64,000 bases of DNA. Origin: Salisapilia sapeloensis CBS 127946. Taxonomy: Eukaryota > Protista > Oomycota. The position numbers and the translations under genes were made by a program. Positions 36,219 through 48,820 of this stretch are shown here, one piece after another; position 1 is the stretch's first letter, and every line of letters begins with the position of its first letter. Where the stretch lies: contig JAADVB010000074.1 in the NCBI GenBank assembly GCA_023334545.1, positions 8,302 to 72,301 on the forward strand, in the 5' to 3' direction. Below the pieces are notes generated by a model that searched no databases, had not been told where the DNA came from, and worked only from the letters and a program-made list of their open reading frames with translations.

Positions 36219-36287
36219 GTTTGGCGTAAAGTGTAGCCTTTGCGTTCAAAACCTTTTGGAATATGAAGCCAACCGTTCGTGAGGAGC

Positions 36288-36303
36288 AAATACGAAAATG
36301 AGT
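36288..36303 (-). promoter_or_regulatory. INR+FPR core promoter of the minus-strand lipase
   Basis: Minus strand ACTCATTTTCGTATTT(GC), 15/16 match to the consensus, about 85 nt upstream of the ATG. Confidence 0.65.
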
Positions 36304-36897
36304 CGACAGTCTTTACTGCTATCTACATTGCTCGCTACCTGGTCTGCAATGTGCCTGAGCCATGCAAATGAAATCTGGACTATAATCGAGTTGAGTTAGG
36401 TTTGAAGTTGTCCAACTGTCTTCATCACTTAACATAGTATCATTGCTTATTCAGGCTAATGCCAAGAGGAGACTGCTCTAGCTGATACCGATAAAAGTGT
36501 TGAAGCGTTCAGCACTAAGCGCATTACTGATGCGGCAGAGTAGTAAAGTTATATCGATATATTGCTATGGCCCCCTGGGCGATCTGGAACCCGATTAGGA
36601 CTTCACGCAAGGCTTTCTCCCGTCTGGAGGGGAACTTTGTTGAAACAAAGTCCATCGTTACCGATTCTTCTCGTCCATTTTGCGAGAGTACCATCGTCTA
36701 AATAAGCATTAACGTTATAGACCGTTAGTTTCATATGTAGAAGATACGCTAGATCGAAGTAAACAGCATCCAAAAGATGTCGATATGAATAAACGAACCA
36801 TTCAATTAAAACTTGGACACCCACAAAGAATTACTACTATTATACTTAATGGATGTCGCTCCGTGGTCCATTTCTGGTAGCTATGATTTTTACTTTA

Positions 36898-39751
36898 CTA
36901 CATCAGCATGCCCATCTGAGCTGCAAACAAGTCGTACTGAAGTAGCGATTCATCGGATGAAACTGGAGTGATATCTTGTATCGCTTTTTTAAAGTGGTCA
37001 TGACGCACACACTTTGCATCGATCGATTCTCTCAAAGCCTGCAACGCTGCTTCTCGGCACACATTCTACATACAGATCAGCGAGTGATACTTGGATACGT
37101 ATCTCGGCAACTTACTTCAAGTTCCGCGCCACTAAAGTATGGAGTTTGTGTTGCCAAAGACTCAAGGCATACTTCCTGATGAAGGTGCATCTTCTGCGCA
37201 TGGATCTCCAGAATACGAAGTCGGTCTTCAGCATTTGGAAGACCGACGTATAGGATTCGATCGAATCGACCAGGACGTAATAACGCTGCGTCGATCAAAT
37301 GTGGCTGGTTCGTAGCTCCGATAACAAGTAAACCTGCACAGTAGACATATGGGCTTAGTATATAGCTTCACACATGCCAAACGTACTGGTACCATCAGCA
37401 GCTTCGACACCATCCATTTCATTTAGCATGGTCGACAGGATGCGTGACGTGGTACTTGAGCCTTGATCTGCTCCACTCGAGTCGGACGCAAATTCGCGCT
37501 TCGTCACCATGGCATCGATTTCATCGAAGAAAATGATCGCTGGTAATGCAGCCCGAGCATCTCGGAAGACTTGTCGGATAGCTGCTTCTGCTTCACCAAA
37601 GAAAGGAGAGAAAATTTGGGCAGCTGATAAAGACAAAAAGGTGGCACCACTCGAGCCAGCAGCAGCACGAACAACTGTGCTTTTACTACATCCTGGCGGC
37701 CCATACAGCAAGATACCTCGAGGCGGCTACATTCTAGTGTTAGACCGATACACATACAGCCGGTTCGAGTGCACAAGTTACTTTGACACTTAGCGTCGCG
37801 AACGTCTGCGAGTACTTGATCGGCCATTCTAAAGCTTGCTGCAAAGCTAATTTCGTTTCCTCTTGGCCACCAATCGCATCCCATCCTACTTGCTCCACGT
37901 TGGATCTACAAAAACAAACAATTAATAAGAATATTGCGATACGACATATATGTGCACATACGAGAAGCCACTGGCACTCCGAAGAGAAGATGGGACAACG
38001 ACCGTCATGGCTTGCTCAAAGTCGTCCATTGTAACTTCGAATGTGTCCTCATTCGGCTCAGCAGGGCTCTCAACAACGTTCATATTTTCACCGCGATCAT
38101 CTCGTACCGCAGGGTCGATCAAAAGGAATGAAAAATATTTGGACATGCTGCTATCAGTCGTTTGCTGACGTAGAAACCATAGTGGAATCGACACTGGATT
38201 CGATCTCCATGCATTGTTCAGGACAGAAGTCACCAATGATGGTTCTGTCAATAAAGACTCTCCTCGCTTCTTCCAATTTTCCCACCAGTTCTGCAGCTCT
38301 CGATGCTCCGAAACGGCAACAAAGTGTCGCATCGTGGCAACAGCAAGCGCTTCTCTGCATAAAGACGCTAAATCTGCTCCGACATATCCGATAGTTTTTT
38401 GCGATAATTCTGTCATTCGCAACTCTCGTTCATTACTACTTTGCGATTGGAGGAAAGGTACTCCAGTGAGATGTATATCCAAGATCTGTCTTCTTGCGTC
38501 TGTTTTTGGAGGGGATAGTGACAATTCACGATCAAATCGTCCCGGCCGACGCAATGCTGGGTCAATCGCGTTTGGGAGGTTCGTGGCGCCAACGACTATA
38601 ACGTTTTTACGCCTGGCAATCGTTTCGACACCATCCAACAAAGTTAAAAGCTGTGCCACAATACGACTGTGGGTTAAATCAGTAGCTCTCGCATCACTCC
38701 GCTTTGGACAAAGAGCATCCAGTTCGTCAATGAATATGACCGACGCTCCGTTTGTTTTATTAACATGCGCTGCAGCCTGTTGGAAAATATCTCGAAGAGT
38801 GTTTTCAGCGTCCCCAATGCCACTGGTAAGGATCTCAGACCCGTTAATAGTTGATAGATGCAAAGGAACGATTGATTGGCATTGCTCCACAACGGTTCGA
38901 ACGAGTTGTGTTTTACCCACGCCAGGTGGACCGCACAGAAGCATGCCTTTTGGAAGGTCTATCCCATAGTCTTGGTAAAAGGTTGGATAACGAACTGGAA
39001 GTAGAACCATCTCTCGCAGAGTTTGTAATTCTGTTTGTAAACCACCCAGCTTCTGTCTAAGAGTTGGAGCAGATGCAGTAGCTTTCAAGTCATGTGTAGC
39101 TTCCTGTTTTTCAGTCGTAAATGTGAGACGTGTCGAAGGGGTAATAATGACGAAAGCAGTGGATGGAAATGCAGACTTGATATGAAAAGCAATTGTCTTG
39201 TCAGTATTCGCGTCTGGCTTGTACGAAGGTGATGGGAGATGAGCGACTGCATTCGTCGTGACAAGCCATTGACGACGGACAGTATGTTCCAAGAGCTGCC
39301 GATACGTTGCACTAGTTCGAATAGCTTTTTCGGTCTTTTCGTCGTACTCGGAAAGGACAAACAAGACCGAGGCTGCTCGTTGAACGGCTTGCTTTGGTAT
39401 CCAGTAGATTACCATGGTATTCGATATCCGGTGAGTGGAAGCAGATTGACCAGCCTTTTGCAATTGCAGCTTAAAGTTAGTTCTAGTAGTCTCTATAGAG
39501 CCATCAAATAGGGATGAACACTCTTGCGAAGTGCTGCCACGGTCCATGGCAGCACCACATATATAAACATGTTGGTCATTCGATGACTCCACAGCTACAT
39601 ATCGACTCATTATCGCATCACGCTGCTTTATTACGTCCGTGGTGAGTCGACAACGAGCAGAGAATCTGTCAAAACGTGAGTGGACGTCCCATGTCTCCAG
39701 AGCTGCTTCCAGTGTCATGTTTGGCGTTTTGTGTCCAAAACTTGTTGTCAT
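36898..39751 (-). CDS. SPATA5L1: Double-AAA ATPase, AFG2/SPATA5-like (probably SPATA5L1/AFG2B), multi-exon
   Basis: D1 GPPGVGKT...IDELD...LRRPGRFDRE; D2 GPPGCSKS...FLSLSAAQIFSPFFGEAE...FDEID...LRPGRFDR. The D2 Walker A PGCxK is typical of AFG2 proteins. Confidence 0.8.
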
Positions 39752-39893
39752 TCATATTTTTATTGGTTTTTAGTATGATACGTATCAGTAATATTAACCA
39801 CCAATCATGTAGCAATGTTAAAGACATTTTATACCAATTACCAACCGGGAAGTTTGGACCTCACAAATCGAAGCGAACCGCCGAAATTGAGAG

Positions 39894-40256
39894 ATGCAGT
39901 GGTTGCTACGACGCTCGCTGCGATCGACGGCTCAGCGGTTCATGAACCGCCGAGGCATGGCCTCTGGTGGTCATGGCCATGCGGACGCTAGCAAGTACCC
40001 TCATGGAATGCACTTCCACGTGTCACCGACGCACAAGAACCTGGCGTTGGCCTATGGTACAATGTTATGGCTGTGGATTTTCTACCGTGCGAAGCAAGAC
40101 GGAGCTGCCGTATTGGGACTTGAGCACCCGTGGGACCACGGACACGGCGGATCGCATGGCGGTGAAGGGGAGTTGGAATGGAAAGACACTTACTATTTCG
40201 AGCGAGCGGAGATTGGCGAAGCTCCCGCTTTGGTCAAGCCGGATGACGAGGAATAA
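39894..40256 (+). CDS. NDUFB2: Complex I accessory subunit NDUFB2 with presequence
   Basis: MLWLWIFYRAKQDGAAVLGLEHPWDH follows the plant-type NDUFB2 motif (MWFWILYRAKQDG..G.RHPW); Arg-rich N-terminus. Confidence 0.88.
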   Translation: MQWLLRRSLRSTAQRFMNRRGMASGGHGHADASKYPHGMHFHVSPTHKNLALAYGTMLWLWIFYRAKQDGAAVLGLEHPWDHGHGGSHGGEGELEWKDTYYFERAEIGEAPALVKPDDEE

Positions 40257-40479
40257 AAGCGCTTTGGAAATGTTCATCTAGAGTTTTTCTGCTAGCTTTC
40301 TCGTTTCGTCTTGTCCGAACAATACACAAAAAGAGGTTCCTTACCGCTTAATTACTTTGAAAACCGTCTTTTCAGTCAAATTACCATTTCAAGCTCGAGT
40401 ACAATGCATAATAAAAACCTTCGCAGGTATTGTCTCTCCGCGGTCGAACTAGGCTAAGATAGGCATTGGTTGATTCGAA

Positions 40480-40762
40480 TGCATCCAGTTTCGCTACGCT
40501 TGATACTAAAGATCAGTAAATCGTGGCTTTGTATTCCGTCTGCACATGCCAAGATGTTTGAGGCTCAGTGTTCGCCGAGCTTTTAACATGCCGTGCCATG
40601 CAAGGACGACCGTGGAATGCATTTGGCTATTTGCAGGCATCTTTGGCGAAGCTTCGGCGAAGCGCTTCCGTTGTGCACAAAGGTAGCCTAGGTATTCGCT
40701 CTTACATTTAGGGCCCTAGATTCGAGATCGAGAGAATGGGTTCTAGTGTTTCTTTCACAAGT
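40480..40762 (+). mobile_element. Possible degraded PIF/Harbinger transposase C-terminal fragment
   Basis: Frameshifted motifs in the expected order: WLCIP (40524), FN...ARTTVEC (40600-40620), FGYLQ (40622), CFFH (40747), resembling WLxTPY...FN...AR..VE.AFG.LK...C.LHN. Confidence 0.35.
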
Positions 40763-41653
40763 GACCACGAGTGCTCTTACCTTTTAATTCTCCGTTCTAT
40801 TCGTGGGTGCAGAGATCATTAGACCGAGTAATCTTGAATAATCCGACCCAATGCATGTATGACGCCCGATGCAAGCAAATGAAGTAGTTATTCAACTTGT
40901 TTTGTTTTTCGCGCTAGTACTTTATGTCGTGCTAAATAGCATCAAGGTATAGCAGCGAGTAGGAACTACACTTAATTGATTTGTGCTCATGTGTCTATTG
41001 ATACAAAGTAAACTGGGCACTGTAAGCGTTAGCTCTAGTAGGTTTCCTATGAAGAGGTGCTCATTAATGTAGTAAGAAAACATGGAAGCGATCAGTTTGT
41101 ACTTCATTCTAAGAACAAGACTGATACGTAGGTCATCCAAAGCGTACTTTGTTCGCTTTGCTTCTTGACTTCCAAAATCTATGAAAGTAGATACTTGGAC
41201 ATGCTATACAGGATTTTTATTGCAACCACGTAGCAGAGAATCTAGACATTGTGTGATTGCTAGCTAATGCTCGGTATTTCATTCTTACAAAACCGGTCAC
41301 CCATCACAATCATCAATCGACTTGACTTATTTAGTGATAAGACTGTGTACAAACATATTCATCGCAAGCATTGGACCTTGGTATGCTCCAAGGATAGTAT
41401 TGATATCGCATTTCGAAGTAGCATTCATATGACATTCAAGAACTCCTTTGACATGAAAAAGTAGCTTATATACTCGGTACTGCTTCAGTCTTAATAGTAT
41501 CGACTACTAAGTCAGACTGTAAACTACAAATACAAACAAATATAAGAGAAAGACGATTGATACTGCTAAGTAGAAGCAAATGTATTACTATGCCGTACTT
41601 AGCCTACGTTGTCGTTGCTACCATTCACGACAAAAAACTGGGTAGTGAAACGC

Positions 41654-42865
41654 CTACTGTTTGTTCTGGTACCATTCCACCACCTTTGGATGCTCATCCA
41701 CTTGCTTAAAAATCTGGAAGACCTTCGGATAGTTCTCGTGCATCGTCGTCGGTGCATCTTTCATGAAACCGCAAAGCATAAACTTGATGCAGCCGTAGAT
41801 TGTCAAATCAGCGGTAGTGAGACGATCTGAAACCGCGTACTGCGTACCCCAGTGAGCAATACGATTGTCAAGTAGCTTCAGCGTCTTTGCCCAAACGTCC
41901 GACAAGGATTCTGACGAACTTTTGCGTTCGAGGTGAAAGTCTTCAATCGCTTCGTCGATTTCGTCCGCGCGGAGCTGGATGACAGGCTCATTTTCCGGGT
42001 ACAAGCCAGCAAGCATGCCAGCATAGTTGAGAAGAGCGTTGGTTTGACACATGACATCTTCATTCACTTCCAACACTGGAAGCTGCTGATACGGGAAGGT
42101 TGGCTTCATCTGTGGCCAATCGGCCGGGTCGACACGAACGTCTTCAAACGGAATACCACCGATCGCAAACGCCAAGCGGATGGACTCAGCTTTACCAGGA
42201 ATACCAAAGTATGTCAACTTGAGCTTCGGGTATTCTGAGCGCTGGACAGCGTTCCACTGAACGACCTTAGGATGGCTCGCGACCTTCTTATGAGCTTGTT
42301 GGAAGGACTCGTAGCCATCCACAATCGTTGATGGAATACCACTCAAGTATCCACTCGTAAGGATGCTATGTAGACTGTAAAGCATCAGCTCGTGGATAAA
42401 CACTTGTTCCGTCTGGAAGATCTCGAGCTTGTACATCTTGTGCAGACGTTTGTCCATCAAGGAGAGCTGCGATGGAAACTGTTCTTTTGCAAGCTCTTGA
42501 AACTTCTCTTTCTTCTTCTCCGGGTCGGACTCGGACATGGCTGGTCGAAGACTGTTGATAGCATCGTTCACTGCAGTCATAATCTCCGTCACAAGAACCG
42601 AAGCAATCGGGTTGTTGACTGGGTAGAGTCCACCAAGTCGTCCAATGTACTTGAGCTGTGCGGCGGATTGACCATAGACTTGGCCATCGACCTCCAGAAT
42701 CGGCAGTTGGCCGAAAGGTAGACTGCTCTTCTGCGCAGCAAACTCTTCTCGAGAAATACGGTTGTCCTCGAATGGGATACCAGCGATGTGCATCGCTAGA
42801 CGAATGGGCTCGGCGCGTCCAGTTCCGTTAAAGTAGGTGAGTTTGATGGAGGGGTAAGCGGACAT
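41654..42865 (-). CDS. Two-domain (tandem) sigma-like glutathione S-transferase, paralog of 24970..26175
   Basis: IKLTYFNGTGRAEPIRL...PFGQLPILEVDGQVYGQS and LKLTYFGIPGKAESIRL...PYQQLPVLEV..CQT; intronless. Confidence 0.95.
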   Translation of the reverse strand: MSAYPSIKLTYFNGTGRAEPIRLAMHIAGIPFEDNRISREEFAAQKSSLPFGQLPILEVDGQVYGQSAAQLKYIGRLGGLYPVNNPIASVLVTEIMTAVNDAINSLRPAMSESDPEKKKEKFQELAKEQFPSQLSLMDKRLHKMYKLEIFQTEQVFIHELMLYSLHSILTSGYLSGIPSTIVDGYESFQQAHKKVASHPKVVQWNAVQRSEYPKLKLTYFGIPGKAESIRLAFAIGGIPFEDVRVDPADWPQMKPTFPYQQLPVLEVNEDVMCQTNALLNYAGMLAGLYPENEPVIQLRADEIDEAIEDFHLERKSSSESLSDVWAKTLKLLDNRIAHWGTQYAVSDRLTTADLTIYGCIKFMLCGFMKDAPTTMHENYPKVFQIFKQVDEHPKVVEWYQNKQ

Positions 42866-42914
42866 CTTGGCGAGTCGTAAAGTTGATTATTGGAAACCTT
42901 GTGCAGTACGAAGC

Positions 42915-42930
42915 AAAATCGGAAATGAGG
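42915..42930 (-). promoter_or_regulatory. INR+FPR core promoter of GST copy 2
   Basis: Minus strand CCTCATTTCCGATTTT(GC), 15/16 match, about 65 nt upstream of the ATG. Confidence 0.65.
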
Positions 42931-43801
42931 ATTGAGGAATCGATGCGGCTACGTGTAATCACACGATCTTCATGACACATGACTGAGTATACTTTGTTGA
43001 AGTGAAAATTCCACACTTAATACGGAACATTCCAAGTTACCACTGTAAGAGTCAATTCCTTGCGAGACATATATAAGACCTACGTCTTCCACGCTTTTAA
43101 AGCATCATGACACTGGATTGATTGTCAGCTAACGAGTCGCTAGGGTGAAGTAAAACGAGGTAGAGCGATGTCTGATGTGATGGGTTTCGCCATTCCTTTG
43201 CTCCTGCACATCTGTTAAGCCTATTGATCGATCGCATAAAGGTTGATCTTGGATCGCCAATCTCCCCGTCCTTTAAACAAGTTTATAGGCAGCTCTGGCA
43301 CTGCCATATCGCAGACGTGTTTTCCATCTCATAGTACAGACGATAGAACGCAGGCAGCTAGTGATACGGAGGTGGTGCTCAGGATACCCCGAAGCGTGCT
43401 TCAAGTAATGATCTACCTGCTGGTCGATGTCGTACCCACAGAATATGCAAAACATACAAATTTCGTATCCTCTTCCCGACGCTGCTTCTCATCAATCATT
43501 GACGCCTATTCTCCTTCATGCCATGATAGAGAGAGTTTGCCATTATGACACTTGGTAGCCTAGCCATCTGCATCGCTATATTTCTACCTACCTTATACAC
43601 TCAAAGCATGTCATGGCATGGTAATCTCTTCGTTGGGAGCAAGTCTGAGTGACTTGATGGCGTAGTCATTTGCGTCCTGTATGATGACGATCAATACATC
43701 CTTTATTATAGAAAAATGAACAAGCTTTCTTTCAGTAGACTATGTTGACATTCTATTGCAAGCGTCTATCTATCATGTATTTGCAGTCGAAGCGAAGATC
43801 A

Positions 43802-44474
43802 TTATTTTTTAGGCTTTCTTTCTTTCGAGTCGATGTTCATTGTTATAGGCCCATCATTTGACTAGATCATTTCAATTAGAATACACGATTGCGATTCAGC
43901 TTTCTAAATGCTGCAAAGCAGCTAAAAACTATACGTACCAATGAGACGTCCATGTACGCTCCAAAAACGCCTTCAGCCACCTTATCGGAGCGGTGAACGT
44001 CACGTACGCGCTGACAAAAGTTGTCGAAAAATTCTTTGGCAGGCGTCGGAGGCACTGCAATTATAGAACAATGGTAAGCAAGATACTAGATGAGCCACCA
44101 GCATCGAACATAAAAGTACTCGAGAGATGGAAGTCGGGCTTGTTGCCTGAAAAGTAGCCATGCAGGGTGAACTGGCTTACTAGTAATACTTCATAGTCGT
44201 TGCTAGCAACTGACGTTTTCCATTGTGCTCCTTTGTCATCCGGCCACAGCCTTGCATTCTGCAAGCGTCAACAAGGTTATCAAATGAGACTTGAAGGAGA
44301 CATCGACTGGACAGTAGCACGTACGAGGAGACGGCGACAGCAAAACTCGGCATCCTCCTCAGCGTCGTCCTTGCCGATTCCTACGAGACACAGCAATCCT
44401 TTGCCGATTTCACCAACGATATCGCCATCCACACGCACACTTGCACTCGTCACGCGTTGTATCACTAACTTCAT
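43802..44474 (-). CDS. DTD1: D-aminoacyl-tRNA deacylase, 4 exons
   Basis: [18 protein letters not shown] motif, [15 protein letters not shown]|SNDGP motif. Confidence 0.95.
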
Positions 44475-44804
44475 CTTGCTTGATATCAACCCACTGAATT
44501 GAATATGGCTTTAACATAGGTTAATATAAATTATGATACCATTTATAAATTATACGCGCTGTTTTCTCACTGCAGAAAATTTACAATTTGCATAAAGTAG
44601 TAGGTTGCGTTTGCTACCAAATTAAGACTGCCACAAAGTGATCGGGGTATGCTGAGAGCGCTGCGTCGGTGTGTACGTCCTCACTCCTCTGTACATGCGC
44701 ACCCTTCTTGATGCGTTAATTGACCGTTACCTATTTATGACCAATAGGCCTTACGACCAGCTTTATTTCTGTCTCACACACAACGTTTTTGCCAAATTCG
44801 ACTT

Positions 44805-45543
44805 ATGTCGACCGAACAACCCAAACGAGTACTGCTTTTTGGCTCCTCTGCGAACCCTCTGAGAGGTCTTACTGGCCATCTTGGTGCGATTCAATATTGC
44901 CGTGCAAATTTCGATGAAATATGGCTCCTTCCGGTCTATCGTCACATGTACACGACCAAAAGAAATCTGGCTCCCTTCCATCACCGTGTCCGTATCTGCG
45001 AATTGCTCATCAACTCTTTACCAGAGGATGGTATATAATCATACATTTGTCTTCTTGATGACATGCATACTTATAGGAAGAATAGGATCTCCTGTCAAGG
45101 TGAAAGAAACAGAAAAAGAGTTGTATAAGATTCTACTGCGTGATGTGGGGGCGGAGGAAGGTGATGACGTGCAGATTAAGATGGGAACGCATGAAATCGT
45201 CATGTACTTGCAAGCAAAGCACCCGGGCTATGACTTCTCGTTGCTCCTTGGTGCAGACACGTATAAGGATTTGCTCGCTGGTAAATGGAACGATGGGGAG
45301 GAGCTCCGCCAAATGGTGAACTTGCTGGTCATGGAGAGGAAGGGAGTGGAATCAGCTGCTCCAGAGGTGGAACAGGATACAATCAGCAAGAATGTCAGTC
45401 TTATCACGATTTCTGGCTTGGACGACGGTTCCTCCACGAAAACCAGAGCGATGACGGACGTGGACGAGCTTCGACAGGACGTTGGGTCGCCAGTGGCCGA
45501 GTACATTGTACAGAATGAGCTCTATGGCTTCGCCAAGCAATAA
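44805..45543 (+). CDS. NadD/NMNAT-like nucleotidyltransferase (cytidylyltransferase family), 2 exons
   Basis: VLLFGSSANP...GH, LLLGADT...KW, SST+R motif; intron starting near 45032 (GATG|GTATAT). Confidence 0.82.
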
Positions 45544-45572
45544 TGCACTAGAAATTACCGAGAATGATAGAT

Positions 45573-45797
45573 CTATCTCTTTGATCGATTACTTTGTGGT
45601 GTCATGCCATGCGCTGCTAGTGCTTTTTCACAGCAGTTATGGAAGCGCTCGATTGTCTGCTTGCACCACTTTTCCTGGTAGTCGAAGCGCTGGAGACAGT
45701 CCTGAATGGCGCATGCTTGTTTCCTACATTCCTTCTCACAAAGCGCGTCCTCGGCCGATTTGCCTCCTCCGTCTGCCGGTTGCTTGTCCATCGTCAC
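45573..45797 (-). CDS. CMC4: Twin CX9C mitochondrial intermembrane-space protein CMC4-like
   Basis: CRKQACAIQDC and CKQTIERFHNC(C), matching the CMC4 pattern CQKQACEIQKC...C.........CC. Confidence 0.85.
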   Translation of the reverse strand: MTMDKQPADGGGKSAEDALCEKECRKQACAIQDCLQRFDYQEKWCKQTIERFHNCCEKALAAHGMTPQSNRSKR

Positions 45798-46736
45798 TTG
45801 GAAGTTGATTCGGATACGTTCCGAACTACCGTCTCTGATCTCTTCTATCGGATATTTTCACAAAATTTGGTGCGCATTTAAGGCGATTGACTTGGATCGA
45901 TCCAAGTTTCTGAATGCAGATTTAGGTTTTTAAGTAGGCTTTTTCACGTTCTTGTGATTGCAACAAAAGTCTGCCTGTTGATTCCGGTTGGAAGTAACTG
46001 GACTTTGCTCGTATGGCTGGTGTGGAGTTGAATTTGAGCAGAATTGCAAAAGTCCCGAAGTAGTGACAGTCAGTGGTAACGGTTGTCCATCGGCCCCTTA
46101 TAAATCATGGACCGGCATGATGATGTCTGCAGCAGCGGTATGTGCATGCAATACCTTTTCACAACACAGGCTTAGAGCACTGGATGCTTCATGTTTCATA
46201 TTGCTTGACTTTTAATGCTTCATGGTAATCTGGCATGGCTCCGTCACTGAGGAGTGTAGTTTTATAGGCACATTTAGACATCCTGGTTACCATTTTCTCA
46301 TGCAATGTGTGGCAGCAATGTTGAGTGTGCTACTACAGAATGCTGATAGGATAGCTTCAGACTCTTTGATATATTTAAGCACGCAAGAACGCTTGACTAA
46401 TCTTGTCTTTTGTGAAAGTATGCAAGTACACCCATCTTTACTTCTTCGTTGCTGGTATGTTCCCTTAGAGATGTTCAACTCTACGCGCTAGTTGTATCAA
46501 ACTGCTTTGCCTATACGACATGGTGGCTCAGTTCAATGATGACTGCATTGAGTACAAAGATCAGAGCAGAGGGTATCTGGCCACTTAGTCTTCACTCTAG
46601 GCTCTCAACTCTAGTCCCATTCTTTCAAGTAGGACTTAATTATAACTTTGATGCGTAATATCGTTGGAAACAAGAGTCACATACGAGCAATTTGTAAAGC
46701 GAACACGATAACGAGTACCAGCATACTATCAAAAGT

Positions 46737-47558
46737 CTATTGGGAAGGGGTAAAAGTTTGAAGTCGGACACCTCCAGTATCAAGTTCGTCTTGTATAATA
46801 TGCCGCTGTAAGTAGTACAGCTGACATTGGGTGTCAATTTCCTTTTCAGTCGCCTCGTCATAGCTAAAGCTGGAGCTCATGATGAAGACACCTGGGTTCG
46901 AGCCTTGACGTAGTAACTTATGGATACTCCAGAAAAGGAGCGGAACAATCTCTTGCGCGTATATAACATCCGAGCCTAATATCAACTCTGTCGACTGGGT
47001 TGCGCCTTGCAGTGCCTCCAGTTCTTTCATCTCGTTTCTCCCGGTCTCACCCCAGGGTAGTCGCAATGTACTGCATTTTGCCTGTGTCTACTTTAGTATA
47101 CGCTTGTTATCTTAACAATATGAAAAAAACCTGTGACTTGGTTTGAGAAGCTATATTGTCGTCAATGAGCTGGAGGACACCAGGGTCGTGATCTGTAAAG
47201 ATGACATGGGCAGTGGACCAGAGTTGGGCAGCCACGAGGCCGACCAGTCCACACCCAGCACCTACTTCAACAATATTTGTCGGCTCGGACATCTGACTGT
47301 GGATGCTGCACAAGTGGTTGCACATTGCTGGAGCGGCAGGCCACACGTAATGCCCAGACTATCGAAGACGTTAAGTCATAAAGAGCTTATCGTTGCAATG
47401 ACACATTATACCTGCAACGCGCCCGGATCTTGCTCAATAACGGCAAGTTGAACGGATATATCCGTACCAAACTTAAACTCCTGCGTGACTCTATCAGCAT
47501 GTGCATCGAACATGAAGCCTACATCGCCAAGGACACCATCATCGTCACTGTCACTCAT
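46737..47558 (-). CDS. METTL21/Methyltransf_16-family protein lysine methyltransferase, 3 exons
   Basis: SGHYVWPAA, VEVGAGCGLVG (SAM motif I), FTDH, LPWG, ILGSDVIY. Confidence 0.9.
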
Positions 47559-47867
47559 TTTGCTTGTCCGTTGTTCGCCTACGCATTTTCAGCCAACCAT
47601 CACGACCATTTTTAATTTTCTGCAAATCACATCTTGCCTAGGGCATTCGATACGACATTGAAGTGACGGATATGCTCCAGCACTTCCTCCACGTTACTTG
47701 GACATGTAGATGGATCTATAGAAAATAGAAATAGAGACTGTAGCCAAGATTTTAATTGATGACGGAAAGAGAAAAAGACTTTATGTGTTCCAAGCAATCA
47801 ATGTAAAAGAAACTATCCAAGCGAACAACTATTCCTTTCCTCTTCGTCCGGCATGATCGACAGGTAT

Positions 47868-48419
47868 CTAAAAGTTGGAGCCCTCAGGCGGTTGAGGCAG
47901 CCGACGGTTGTTTGGCGACGCCATCTCCTGACGAATTGCTACCAACACACCTTCAATCGTGTTATGGCGATTCCAGTTCGAAAGTATTGGCAGACGTCTC
48001 GTATCAATTCGTCCGGTCTGCGGATCCACGCAGCTCATGTTGATACGGCTCGTAAAGCAAACGTCTGGGGGCACGTGCGGGTACTGGTCGCTGCAGTGGA
48101 TACGCAGATTGTAAATGCGGCCATCATGGCAAGTCTATACAGCACGTGAGTTGGCGGATTCACATGATAAGAGTAGACGAATGACGTACGCCAGGCGGAC
48201 CAAGGATGGTGCCGATCCAATTGGTCAGATAGATATCATCAGACTGCTCTAGACCGTAGGAGATGCTCATATCTCCTTGACCTTTTTCGCTATTCTCAAG
48301 CTCTTCCAACAACTTAAAGTTGCGAGGCACTATGCAAAAAGTACTAGATGAATACATTTTTTTTCATACTATAACTACACAAACGTACCAATGACATTTT
48401 CATTTCCAGCTCTGGACAT
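47868..48419 (-). CDS. UEV1: Ubiquitin-conjugating enzyme E2 variant (UEV1/MMS2), 3 exons
   Basis: [54 protein letters not shown]. Confidence 0.95.
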
Positions 48420-48820
48420 GACGATCGCTTTATATGCGCTGCTTGGGTAAGATAGTGTGCAATAAGGAGCTAGATCGGATGGCGAGATGTGAGCACACCG
48501 TTTTCAAAGTATTGGTAGGAAATGGACTTGGTCATACGTAATCTCTCCGAGTACAAAGAAGTTGGAGAGGAACTGAGCGTCAGTAAGCGTCGAAACGGAT
48601 GCAGGAAAGCTAGGGAGATGAGATCGACGTCGCTCAAGCTGCGCTTTGTCCGACGTTTTTCCGATTTTGTTGTTCCGGCAGCATGTTCAATTGGACAAAA
48701 TAGAACAATTCTATCCAATCAAACGGAAAGGTATGTAGCTATGCTGGTTATATAAGTTATGGGGTACTCTAGGAATCGATTCTACCTCGATGTGAGGGCA
48801 TGTTATTCCTTTCAAACAGC

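Noticed and set aside
36603-36824. 73-aa ORF downstream of the AAA ATPase
   Set aside because: GTG start, AT-rich, lies where the 3' UTR is expected, no motif.
45988-46658. Run of three short plus-strand ORFs between CMC4 and the methyltransferase
   Set aside because: No motifs, non-ATG starts for two of them, and no convincing splice pattern.
47868-48419. E2-fold protein lacking the catalytic cysteine
   Set aside because: Normal for UEV1/MMS2; not a pseudogene.
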